Of a stretch of 64,000 nucleotides of DNA, positions 1-8,375 are shown one piece after another. The DNA comes from an uncultured Bacteriovoracaceae bacterium (GTDB taxonomy: Bacteria > Bdellovibrionota > UBA1018). The stretch lies in the NCBI GenBank assembly GCA_964363305.1, contig CAYIHX010000016.1, forward strand, positions 6,824-70,823. The letters are read 5' to 3'. The notes beneath the pieces are model-generated. The model was not told the origin of the DNA. It did no database searches and worked only from the letters and a program-made list of their open reading frames with translations. Each line of letters begins with the position of its first letter. The stretch's first letter is position 1. The position numbers were made by a program, and so were the translations under genes.

Positions 1-822
1 ATTGAGTCTCTCAGTCAGGATATCTGTCACTTCTTTCTTCAAAAACAAGCGACTCTTCTCGATCCGCTTTCCTGAGTGCGTCAGATACTCCTGATGAGCC
101 AATAAACGATCCAGTAGATCTGAGGTCCCCACGTCTCGAAGAGCGTCCGTTTTAAGAACCGGAACCTCCCAACCCTGATTCGATCCGTCAGGCCCCATTC
201 CCAGCATGAGCGTGATCTCGCGGACAAGCTTGTCCGACTCGGGGCGATCACTCTTGTTCACCGCAAAAACATCTGCGATCTCCATCAGGCCGGCCTTCAT
301 GACCTGAATGGAGTCGCCACTCTCCGGCACCAAAACCACCAGCACCGTCTGAGCGAGCTTCAAAATATCGAGCTCAGTCTGACCCACGCCTGCCGTCTCT
401 ACCAAAATGACATCAAACCCAGCGGCATCCAGAACCAGCACGACCTCTTTCGTGGCAATCGAGAGACCGCCGTGCTGCCCGCGTGTTCCGAGCGAACGAA
501 TAAACACACCCTCATCCGAAACATGGTCCTGCATCCGAATGCGATCACCGAGAATGGCTCCACCCGTGAAAGGGCTCGACGGATCAACCGCTACCACTGC
601 CACGCGAAGTCCACGCTTGCGCAGATGGGCCGTCAGCCGATTGACCAGGGTCGACTTCCCGGCGCCCGGGGGGCCGGTTATCCCCATCACCTGCGCCGTC
701 CCCGTCAAGGGGTACAGAATCCTCATGACCTCCCCGACATCGCCGTCGCGGTTTTCAACTTTTGAAATCAAACGGGCAAGGGCCAGCCGGTTCCCGGCCC
801 TCATCTCTTCGACGAGCTTCAT
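1..822 (-). CDS. meaB: Methylmalonyl-CoA mutase-associated GTPase MeaB/ArgK. Partial: the C-terminus runs off the window start.
   Basis: Minus-strand translation from ATG at 822 gives MKLVEEMRAGNRLALARLIS...GITGPPGAGKSTL (P-loop) ...VDPSSPFTGGAILGDRIRM, the typical MeaB/ArgK pattern. Absent from the ORF track because it has no in-window stop. Confidence 0.8.
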   Translation of the reverse strand, partial: MKLVEEMRAGNRLALARLISKVENRDGDVGEVMRILYPLTGTAQVMGITGPPGAGKSTLVNRLTAHLRKRGLRVAVVAVDPSSPFTGGAILGDRIRMQDHVSDEGVFIRSLGTRGQHGGLSIATKEVVLVLDAAGFDVILVETAGVGQTELDILKLAQTVLVVLVPESGDSIQVMKAGLMEIADVFAVNKSDRPESDKLVREITLMLGMGPDGSNQGWEVPVLKTDALRDVGTSDLLDRLLAHQEYLTHSGKRIEKSRLFLKKEVTDILTERLN

Positions 823-865
823 GATTCCGGGTCTAGCACAACCGCCGACTGCCGATAAGAGATTG

Positions 866-2110
866 ATGGATTCGAATGAAGCTGTCAGAGGATTGATCGC
901 CTACCTGTTCGCCGGGAGCATCCCTATCGCGGCCTTCGCCCTCTGGCTCCAGTATTTCGAAGGCTACCTGGAGGTGGCCGCTCAGGACCGAGGCCAGACG
1001 CCTCCGAACACCCCACAAGAACTCAGCAGACTCAGGACGGCGGGAATCTACACGATGGTCGCCCAAGTCGTCATCTACATCGCATCCTCGCCCCTGCGGG
1101 AATCCTACTGGTGGCAAGCCGCCGCATTTTTCGCGATCACGCTCGTCGGCCAGAACCACCTTCAAAGCCGGATGGAGGCCAAGCTCCGCAAAGACGGCGC
1201 GACCGCCGCCGAGTCTTTCAACTCGAGCCTTCGTCTGATCCTCTGGAACATCGGCAGCATCGCCGCGTATCTCTTTCTCGTTCAATTCTGCGCGCTCCTC
1301 TGCGCGCTTCTCTCTCAAGCGCTTCATCTTCCGGCCACCATCGGCCTCACTCTCACGTTGGCAGGAGGCCTTTTCGGAATCGTGAGCGGTCTTCTTCTCA
1401 CCTTTGCTCTCGCGCCGCTCCAGATCCGAAAATCAATGAGATGCTCCCCGGTAGAAGACCCCGAACTCCTCCGGCTTCTCCGAGCTTGTTTCACCCAAGC
1501 TGGGATCGCGGAACCCAGCCTGTTCATCGTCGATACGCCCCATTCCAACTGGAACAACGCCTGGGTGGCCGGCTTCTCCCAAGGCAAAGGCATTTTCAAA
1601 CCCGGCCTTTTCCTTACTCGCCCTACCCTGAGAAACTTCAACCTCGCCGAGCTCGAAGCGATCGTGCTCCACGAAATCAGTCACATCGCGCTTCAGCATC
1701 TCCGTAAGCGCTTCCTTTATACCGTACGCCTTCTCGCGCTTTCATCCACCTTGCTGGGCATCGGAAGCGTACTGGCTCTTCAACTGCTCCCCCCCGGAAC
1801 CCAAGTCGTTCCGGTCCTTGCACTCGCTTTCTTTTCCCTGTTCTGGCCCATGAAATGGGTGCGCGCCCAGGTCACCCGGCAAGAATTCGAGGCCGATGAA
1901 ACGGCCGTCAGACGTTTCGGCGTCTCACCCGAGAAATTCGCTCATGTCCTCAAGAAACTCGCCGAATTAAATCAACTCCCCGGCGCCCCATCGACGACTC
2001 AACCAAATGCCTCAGGACATCCGACGCTTCAGGAGCGGCTCGCCCGCCTCGAAACGCTGCAAGCTCCGCCTGCCCATTCACCAGCGGATGAGAGTCGCAG
2101 AGCCGCTTGA
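866..2110 (+). CDS. Multi-pass membrane zinc metallopeptidase, M48/M56 (HtpX/BlaR1-like) family
   Basis: Several TM helices, then HEISH (HEXXH) and a downstream EFEADE glutamate after two more TMs. The upstream part of the 407..2110 ORF is antisense to meaB, so the start is placed at ATG 866 (MDSNEAV...). Confidence 0.6.
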   Translation: MDSNEAVRGLIAYLFAGSIPIAAFALWLQYFEGYLEVAAQDRGQTPPNTPQELSRLRTAGIYTMVAQVVIYIASSPLRESYWWQAAAFFAITLVGQNHLQSRMEAKLRKDGATAAESFNSSLRLILWNIGSIAAYLFLVQFCALLCALLSQALHLPATIGLTLTLAGGLFGIVSGLLLTFALAPLQIRKSMRCSPVEDPELLRLLRACFTQAGIAEPSLFIVDTPHSNWNNAWVAGFSQGKGIFKPGLFLTRPTLRNFNLAELEAIVLHEISHIALQHLRKRFLYTVRLLALSSTLLGIGSVLALQLLPPGTQVVPVLALAFFSLFWPMKWVRAQVTRQEFEADETAVRRFGVSPEKFAHVLKKLAELNQLPGAPSTTQPNASGHPTLQERLARLETLQAPPAHSPADESRRAA

Positions 2111-2718
2111 TGTCCCACAAGTCGCGAAAAAGAAGCCTTCGACACGCGCTCTGGGTTAGTTTGGCTCTCCATGGCATATTCATTTTAACCATCGGAACTC
2201 TCGATTTCGGAAAGACACCACGAACATCATCCATAAGCATGCTCGTCGAAATCGCCAATCATCACCCAGACAAAGCGACGAACACTCGGCGGGTTCCCTC
2301 GCACCCTAAAAATGCGAAAAACCAAACTAAAACCATAGAAACCATAGAAAAAAGTGATTCTCAAAAATCCCCAGAGCTGCCTCAAGCGTCCGAGCCGGTG
2401 ATCGATTCCTCGCCAGGAAATCCTCAGAGCGCCCTACAAGCCTACATCGCCGATTTTTCCCAGATGCTCGATCGAAAAAAATTCTACCCGAGAAATGCTC
2501 TCTTACGCGAGGAAGAGGGGAAGGTCATCGTCGCGCTCTCCATTCTGACAGATGGAACCATCGTTGAGTTGACTGTCGAAGAGCCCAGCCCCTATGACTC
2601 CTTGAATCGAGCGGCCCTCCAGGCCGTCCGGGACCTCCCTCCCCTCGAACCACTTCCTTTCGGGGCCCCAAGTAGGGTCCACGTCCACATACCACTGGAA
2701 TACAAACTCAGCAGATAG
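2107..2718 (+). CDS. tonB: TonB-family energy transducer (N-terminal TM, Pro/Lys-rich linker, TonB C-terminal domain)
   Basis: N-terminal TM (LWVSLALHGIFILTIG), low-complexity linker, C-terminal ...KFYPRNALLREEEGKVIVALSILTDGTIVELTVEEPSPYDSLNRAALQAV... typical of the TonB C-domain. ATGA start/stop overlap with the upstream peptidase gene. Confidence 0.65.
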   Translation: MMSHKSRKRSLRHALWVSLALHGIFILTIGTLDFGKTPRTSSISMLVEIANHHPDKATNTRRVPSHPKNAKNQTKTIETIEKSDSQKSPELPQASEPVIDSSPGNPQSALQAYIADFSQMLDRKKFYPRNALLREEEGKVIVALSILTDGTIVELTVEEPSPYDSLNRAALQAVRDLPPLEPLPFGAPSRVHVHIPLEYKLSR

Positions 2719-2726
2719 CTGCTTTT

Positions 2727-2763
2727 CATTTGCAAATAAATTGCAACAACTCATTTGCATGGA
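2727..2763. promoter_or_regulatory. Candidate Fur/iron box: perfect 10-bp palindrome ATTTGCAAAT plus two further (A)TTTGCA / ATTGCAA half-sites just upstream of the TonB-dependent receptor start
   Basis: Sequence cATTTGCAAATaaATTGCAAcaactcATTTGCAtgg, AT-rich, placed in the 57-nt tonB-receptor gap, with a Fur gene nearby. Motif assignment is inferential. Confidence 0.3.
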
Positions 2764-2775
2764 TATGCCTTCAAT

Positions 2776-4791
2776 ATGAAGATCCGGCTTATTCTTCTTT
2801 ACCTCTCCATGATGCCCCTTCTGGCTCTGGCGGAAGAAATGGATGAGTTCGTTACGCCTGCGATCTCCGTGCTCGGGCGCACAGGAGAAGAAAAATCAGG
2901 GACCGGCGCACACACCCCGACCGTGAGCGAAATCTCTGGACTGAGACTCGAAAGAAAAAGAGCCGCTACACTGGGCGAAACCATCTCACGCGAGGCTGGC
3001 GTTACCTCCTCTTTTTTTGGCCCAAACGCGAGCCGCCCCGTGATCCGCGGGATGGATGGCGAGAGGCTGAAAATTCTCCAGGACGGCCTGGGAACACAGG
3101 ATGCATCGGGAACAAGTCCGGACCATTCGGTCTCACTCGATCCATTGCTCATTGAGCGCATAGAAATAGTTCGTGGGTCTGGCTCATTGCTCTATGGAAA
3201 CAGCGCAATCGGCGGCGCGGTAAACACGGTGAGCAGCCGGATCCCCGAGAAGCTTGAATTCGGAACCTTGCTCAAGGAGAATTCTCGCCTCTCCTCGAAC
3301 GATCTAGGGAGATCGATGGGTCTCGTATTCGGAAAAAGCTTTGGGAGGGTGGCTCTCCATCTCGACGGGATGACTCGGGCCTCGAATGACTACGAGGTTC
3401 CAGGGTTCCTTCGCTCACTTCGCCTCCGAGAAGCCGCGCCACTCGCCGCGGGAACGGAGGAAGCGCATGGGCGCGTCCCCAACAGTGGCGCCCAGGCTTT
3501 AGAGGCAGGAATCGGAACGAGCTATGTCTTGGACAATGGATACATGGGCGCGTCTTTTTCAGCCTTTGGAACCCAGTATGGAACAGTTGCTGAACCGGAC
3601 ATAACCATTCATATGAACCGCCAGCGTCTGGAATCCTCGTCTGAACTCCGCCAACTCGGAGAGCTTGAGTCGGTCCGCATCAAAAGTGTGGTTTCCCGAT
3701 ACCAGCATCAAGAAATCGAAGGAGGCGATCAAATTGCCACCACCTTTATGAATATCGCCACGGAAAATCGGGTTGAATTCAAGCATCGCCCCATGGCTGC
3801 GTTCAGCGGAATCCTGGGTATTCATCAAAAATACTTCAACCTCAGTGTCGCGGGCGAAGAGGCATTCATTCCGACCACACAGAATTCCTCATTGGCCGCC
3901 TTTCTCCATGAGGAAGGCGCCTTGGGTGATTTCACGCCTTCTTTTGGTCTGAGATTCGACCCGTCCTGGATCTATGCACAGACAGATAGCCGATTCGGAT
4001 CATCCGTAAAATGGTACGCTCCAGGCAGCATGGCCATCGGCGCCCTCTATCGGGTGGGAGCGGGATTTTCTCTCGGATTGAACAGTTCCCTTACCTCTCG
4101 CGCTCCCAACTACCAGGAGCTCTTTGCAAACGGCCCCCATTTAGCCACCGGTATCTTCGAAGTAGGGCGCTCCGAATTTGCTCTCGAGGTGGGGCGCTCC
4201 CTCGAGCTTTCCGTTCTGCACGAGTCCCAATCCGGACAGGGACGGATCAATTTATTCGCTCAAAGTTTCGCCAACTACATAGCTCTTAACCCCACGGGCA
4301 CAACGGACGCGTCTTGGTTACTACCGATATACGAATATCAAGCCGTCAACGCATTCTTTGCCGGGGCAGAGACTGAATATCACCAACGACTTCCCTGGAA
4401 AGTCGGCCCAGGCTTCTTTGAAGTTGACGGAAAAATTGATTTTGTACGAGGGCTGATTTTTACCGACACCACCACATCCCTACCCAGAATTACACCGATC
4501 CGCGAAACCCTCGGAATCACCTACAGGGTCCCGTGGGCCTTGGCCGAAGCTGAACTTCAACGTTCAGAAAAACAGCTCATGACTGCTCCGGGCGAACTGC
4601 CAACGGACGCCTATACGCTACTCAACGTCGGGATAGAAGTCCCTCTGGAAATATCAGTCGTCAACCTGCGATTGCTCGCCCGCCTGAATAACGTCTTTGA
4701 TGCCGAGGCCAGGAACCACGTCTCCGTCCTCAAGGATCGAGCACCCCTTCCGGGAAGGAACTTTATCGTGGGCCTGCAGGGCCAACTCTAG
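2776..4791 (+). CDS. TonB-dependent outer-membrane receptor
   Basis: Signal peptide MKIRLILLYLSMMPLLALA and a TonB-box-like DEFVTPAISVLG. Plug-domain motifs (RPVIRGMDGERLKILQDGLG, IEIVRGSGSLLYGNSAIGGAVN) and a long beta-barrel region. A 2755 start is also possible. Confidence 0.85.
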   Translation: MKIRLILLYLSMMPLLALAEEMDEFVTPAISVLGRTGEEKSGTGAHTPTVSEISGLRLERKRAATLGETISREAGVTSSFFGPNASRPVIRGMDGERLKILQDGLGTQDASGTSPDHSVSLDPLLIERIEIVRGSGSLLYGNSAIGGAVNTVSSRIPEKLEFGTLLKENSRLSSNDLGRSMGLVFGKSFGRVALHLDGMTRASNDYEVPGFLRSLRLREAAPLAAGTEEAHGRVPNSGAQALEAGIGTSYVLDNGYMGASFSAFGTQYGTVAEPDITIHMNRQRLESSSELRQLGELESVRIKSVVSRYQHQEIEGGDQIATTFMNIATENRVEFKHRPMAAFSGILGIHQKYFNLSVAGEEAFIPTTQNSSLAAFLHEEGALGDFTPSFGLRFDPSWIYAQTDSRFGSSVKWYAPGSMAIGALYRVGAGFSLGLNSSLTSRAPNYQELFANGPHLATGIFEVGRSEFALEVGRSLELSVLHESQSGQGRINLFAQSFANYIALNPTGTTDASWLLPIYEYQAVNAFFAGAETEYHQRLPWKVGPGFFEVDGKIDFVRGLIFTDTTTSLPRITPIRETLGITYRVPWALAEAELQRSEKQLMTAPGELPTDAYTLLNVGIEVPLEISVVNLRLLARLNNVFDAEARNHVSVLKDRAPLPGRNFIVGLQGQL

Positions 4792-5227
4792 GGCCCTTGC
4801 CTCCCAAGGCTGACTTTTTATGACAAGAGTCACAAATAGCAAAAAATTCCAACGAATGACGAACATCGCGAAAACCTAAACGCACGACTTCCTCAAGCAG
4901 GGACTGGGGAATGCAAAGATCCACGGGTTTCGTCGACCGACATCTTCGACAAACGATATGGTGATGGTGATGCGATTCGGCAAATTCATAACGAGCAACC
5001 CTATCACCTAGGTCGCAGCGACGAACCAAGCCCTTCTCATCCATATCTTGAAGGACACGATACATCGTAACTACATCAAAACGAGAGCCTCCCTTTCGTC
5101 GATACAATTCCTCCGCGGAAAAAGGACCATGCTCCCGTCTCAACTCACCAAGAACCCATAGACGTGCGTCTGTCACTCGAAGGCCAACGCCTCGAATCAG
5201 ACTCGTCAATACTGCATGCTGCTCCAT
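4763..5227 (-). CDS. fur: Fur-family metalloregulator (ferric uptake regulator)
   Basis: DNA-binding N-domain (GLRVTDARLWVLGEL...VTMYRVLQDMDEKGLV), an HHHHH run, and CRRC...CDSC metal-site cysteines. Start chosen at MEQH; an alternative ATG at 5248 (MIRSPFS) sits inside the palindrome. Confidence 0.8.
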   Translation of the reverse strand: MEQHAVLTSLIRGVGLRVTDARLWVLGELRREHGPFSAEELYRRKGGSRFDVVTMYRVLQDMDEKGLVRRCDLGDRVARYEFAESHHHHHIVCRRCRSTKPVDLCIPQSLLEEVVRLGFRDVRHSLEFFAICDSCHKKSALGGKGPRVGPAGPR

Positions 5228-5240
5228 AGAAAATGGGGAA

Positions 5241-5254
5241 CGAATCATGATTCG
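5241..5254. promoter_or_regulatory. Perfect 14-bp palindrome CGAATCATGATTCG, a candidate auto-operator upstream of or overlapping the fur start
   Basis: Exact inverted repeat seen in the sequence. It resembles the AATCATT core of classical Fur boxes. Function is inferred. Confidence 0.3.
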
Positions 5255-5308
5255 ACTGTCTATCGAGATTACATCATTATGCAACCCACTTGCGATCAAG
5301 GAATAGGG

Positions 5309-6289
5309 CTACTCCGGCTGAACGACCTGATCGCCATTCAAGACCGCGGAGGTCGCGGATTCAACCTCTGCCGGCGCTCCAGCAGAAATTTTTGCGGCCG
5401 ACGCCTCATGCAAATCTGCGCTCACAGGGGGCGGAATCGCCGCCGGCTCGCGAGAGAGCGGATCCGGAGTCGCCTCCTCCGTCGGCACACCCTGCGTGAC
5501 GAGGGTCTCGCTCGGCGGGGAACCCTCACCCTCAGGTCTCACCGATGGTGCCGCGGGGTCGAGAGGATCTGGAATGTCGGCCCGGGCGGCGGCGGGCTCG
5601 CCAGTCGGCCCTTCCGCCCCATCCACCGGCGCCGTGACCGCATCGTCCGGCCGAATAATTCCATACTTGGTCAGCACGCTCGTCGCGCTCTCGTTATTCG
5701 GGCGAACAGCGCCAAAGGGACTCGACGCTGAAGCTAATTCCTCCGTCGAGCGTGGCGTCATCTCCAAGCGTCGATAAAACACATATTCACTGAGACGCTT
5801 GTATCGATTCACGGCCCACCGCATGTACCGGGTATCCGCGAACTCCTGCATGAACGCCCGGGCGATGGGCGTCAAAAAAACGTAGGTAGTCAGAACGTCC
5901 TTCTGCTTCTCATCGAGATAGACGTCATTTTTCAACTTGTCGTCGAGCGCCAAAAGTTTACCGTAGAAACACCAGTGATACTTGAGCGGGTCCCGCTTCA
6001 CGAGCTCCCGCGCACCGGTCTGCTGCTCTTCCTTACTATTGGTGCGTTTGCGCAAAAGTATGAAATCCGCATCACAGTTCATGACCTGCTCGGGCGAGGG
6101 CGCCTTTAAATCAGTGAAGATCGCGATCAGATCGGCCCGATCCAGTCCATCCGGATGGGGCACCTGAACATACTCGGGCGGCAGCTGAGGCAGGGGCCCG
6201 ATGGGGTCGGTCTGAATACTCGAGCAGCCAACCCCAACAAGCAGCGCCACACCGACAAATTTCAGACGCTGAACACTCTTAGAACGCAT
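5309..6289 (-). CDS. Hypothetical lipoprotein with Pro/Glu/Ala-rich C-terminal tail
   Basis: Start at MRSKSVQRLKFVGVALLVGVGCSS (lipobox-like VGC). The C-terminal 100 aa are low-complexity P/E/A/S-rich. Confidence 0.5.
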   Translation of the reverse strand: MRSKSVQRLKFVGVALLVGVGCSSIQTDPIGPLPQLPPEYVQVPHPDGLDRADLIAIFTDLKAPSPEQVMNCDADFILLRKRTNSKEEQQTGARELVKRDPLKYHWCFYGKLLALDDKLKNDVYLDEKQKDVLTTYVFLTPIARAFMQEFADTRYMRWAVNRYKRLSEYVFYRRLEMTPRSTEELASASSPFGAVRPNNESATSVLTKYGIIRPDDAVTAPVDGAEGPTGEPAAARADIPDPLDPAAPSVRPEGEGSPPSETLVTQGVPTEEATPDPLSREPAAIPPPVSADLHEASAAKISAGAPAEVESATSAVLNGDQVVQPE

Positions 6290-6369
6290 CAGACCCCTCT
6301 CCTCACAATACGTCTCGGCAAAAAACGCCCACTCCCTAAGTTCCCTCAAGACGAATTTCCATATGACCG

Positions 6370-7554
6370 ATGATGCCAGTGAGGAGAAACCTCAGGGCCC
6401 TTATGCGTAATGTCGGAAGTAGAAAACTACACGTCAATCTCTCGGCACTCTTGGCGTCGATTTTCGTCCTCTGCACCGCGAGCTGGGGAGCGGACGCCCC
6501 TCCACCTCCCGAGGCAGAGGCACCAAAGAAATCCGCATCTACTGACGGCAAAGGGGTACGAAACTTCTACGAAGTCCTTCAAGACCTGGTCTCCGATTTC
6601 GAGTACGACCTGAAGAACGGCGAAGTCGAAGGACTCAAAAATCTGGCGATCCGCAACCTTGCGACCAGCGAGAACATTCCGCCTTCTTTCAAAAACCATC
6701 TCGAACTCGTCATCACCGAAAAGATCCTCAAGACAACCAAGAGTCGGATTCTCCAATGTTTGCCCTGCCGATCCAAACGCACGACGCTGGACGGCGAGCA
6801 GGTCACGATTAGCTCGGCTGAAACGAATCCAGTTGAGTTAGCCCGCATCGCAAAAATGGCAGGCATCGAACACTTCATGGATCTCGCTTTCTCCTATCAA
6901 CCCAGCGGCATGGTCCTCTCCATGTACATTACTGAACCAGAAGGGGGCTCCATCGTCTGGTCGAGGAGCTATAACTCCGAGACCTCGAGGGCCTCTGCGT
7001 TCCGACGCGGGGTCGACTACAGTCAGATCGATGACGCGCGCAAGCAGATGGAATACACTCCTATGCTTCAGTTCAGAACCACGATCTATTACATGTTCCA
7101 GCCGGACATCGGAGGCCTCTATACAGGCTGCCTCGGCGCCGGCCTTCGTTTGATGGAACGGTATAACAATCGCAGAAGCGAGGTAGGCTTCGAGCTCGAC
7201 TACTTCCTCGATACTTCGATTATCGCAGGCTCCGCAGCATCTGCAGCGACCGAGACCCGACTCTACCGCAGCGTCAATCTGACCATGCTCTTCATGCATG
7301 CCTGGAACCTGATTGGCGAAGAGGAGAACTTCAATAAAGCGCGAGGCAGCATCTTCGCCGGAGTGGGTGGAACCTATGCCTCAGGATTCCTCGGTGGGCT
7401 CATTCGGGCCGGCTATGAATGGCGCCTGGCAAAACATTGGGCGGTCAGCGGAAACCTCGGTTACCGCCCCCCCAGCACAGCTTTCTTAAACAGTACGGCC
7501 GTCGGGGCCGTCCACGGAGTTGAATTCGGACTAGGGATCAGCGGACTTTTCTAG
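6370..7554 (+). CDS. Secreted hypothetical protein, possibly an outer-membrane beta-barrel (C-terminal aromatic), first gene of the motor-like operon
   Basis: N-terminal signal peptide (LLASIFVLCTASWGADA), alternating hydrophobic pattern, C-terminus ...GLGISGLF. A 12-nt gap to the next gene. Confidence 0.5.
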   Translation: MMPVRRNLRALMRNVGSRKLHVNLSALLASIFVLCTASWGADAPPPPEAEAPKKSASTDGKGVRNFYEVLQDLVSDFEYDLKNGEVEGLKNLAIRNLATSENIPPSFKNHLELVITEKILKTTKSRILQCLPCRSKRTTLDGEQVTISSAETNPVELARIAKMAGIEHFMDLAFSYQPSGMVLSMYITEPEGGSIVWSRSYNSETSRASAFRRGVDYSQIDDARKQMEYTPMLQFRTTIYYMFQPDIGGLYTGCLGAGLRLMERYNNRRSEVGFELDYFLDTSIIAGSAASAATETRLYRSVNLTMLFMHAWNLIGEEENFNKARGSIFAGVGGTYASGFLGGLIRAGYEWRLAKHWAVSGNLGYRPPSTAFLNSTAVGAVHGVEFGLGISGLF

Positions 7555-7566
7555 AAAGGAAAGACA

Positions 7567-8364
7567 TTGAAAGAACGAAAGAACACTCAGCACAACAGGA
7601 AACGAAACGGCACTGAGCGGGCGTGGATCGCTTTCACCGCGCTGTCTTCGCTCGCGCTGACTTCTCCTGGATGCTCCACCTTCCGAAGCATCTTCGCTGC
7701 GGATGCCGCAAAGAGCCGCCAGACCCCCATTGGCAACCCGTTTGTCGACTACGTTCAAAATTCAGACAACAAGGAAAACATCATCCTTAGGACTAAAAAA
7801 GGCGATCGCTCGTTGGAAATCGAGCTTCCGGGATCGAACGCCGCCATGACTGACTTCGTGATTCCGATGTCCCCCTCGTTCGGCGATTCAAGCGGTCGCG
7901 GACTCGCTTCCTCATCCTCCGCCCATTCGGATCCTGAAAATGATCAATCCTTCAGGGAGAGCAAACCCAGTCTCACTGATCGCGAGATCACGTCCCAATT
8001 TCCAACGATCACTCCGGGCCAAGAGGGCGACCAACGCGAGGTCGAAGTGGGCCTCGGACTCAACGTAACTGATGACGAGACCCCAGCCGCTGACCGCAGC
8101 TACCTCGCCTCAATGGACCACATCAAGCAGCTCTTCAAGTTCGGGCGAAATGAAGCGGGACTGCTCGAGATCGACGAGATGCTGCATGCATATCCTACCG
8201 ATCCAAAACTTTATCAGATGCGTGGAACGCTTCTTGACCGAGTCGGCCGTTCCGACATGGCACTGAAATCGTGGAATCAAGCATTGAGGCTCGAGCCAGG
8301 CAATCAAGCCCTGCGACGCTTCATCGAACGAAAACAAAAAGCCAGGGACTTGGCTTCGCACTAG
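7567..8364 (+). CDS. Lipoprotein with C-terminal TPR-like repeats
   Basis: Lipobox LTSPGCS and a Ser/Asp-rich linker. The C-terminus (AGLLEIDEMLHAYPTDPKLYQMRGTLLDRVGRSDMALKSWNQALRLEPGN) looks like TPR. Confidence 0.55.
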   Translation: MKERKNTQHNRKRNGTERAWIAFTALSSLALTSPGCSTFRSIFAADAAKSRQTPIGNPFVDYVQNSDNKENIILRTKKGDRSLEIELPGSNAAMTDFVIPMSPSFGDSSGRGLASSSSAHSDPENDQSFRESKPSLTDREITSQFPTITPGQEGDQREVEVGLGLNVTDDETPAADRSYLASMDHIKQLFKFGRNEAGLLEIDEMLHAYPTDPKLYQMRGTLLDRVGRSDMALKSWNQALRLEPGNQALRRFIERKQKARDLASH

Positions 8365-8375
8365 GTGGGTGAATT

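Noticed and set aside
407-865. 5' part of the 567-aa + ORF (407..2110)
   Set aside because: It is antisense to the clearly recognisable meaB gene on the minus strand and has Pro/Ser/Arg/Thr-rich GC-artefact composition. The real gene starts at ATG 866.
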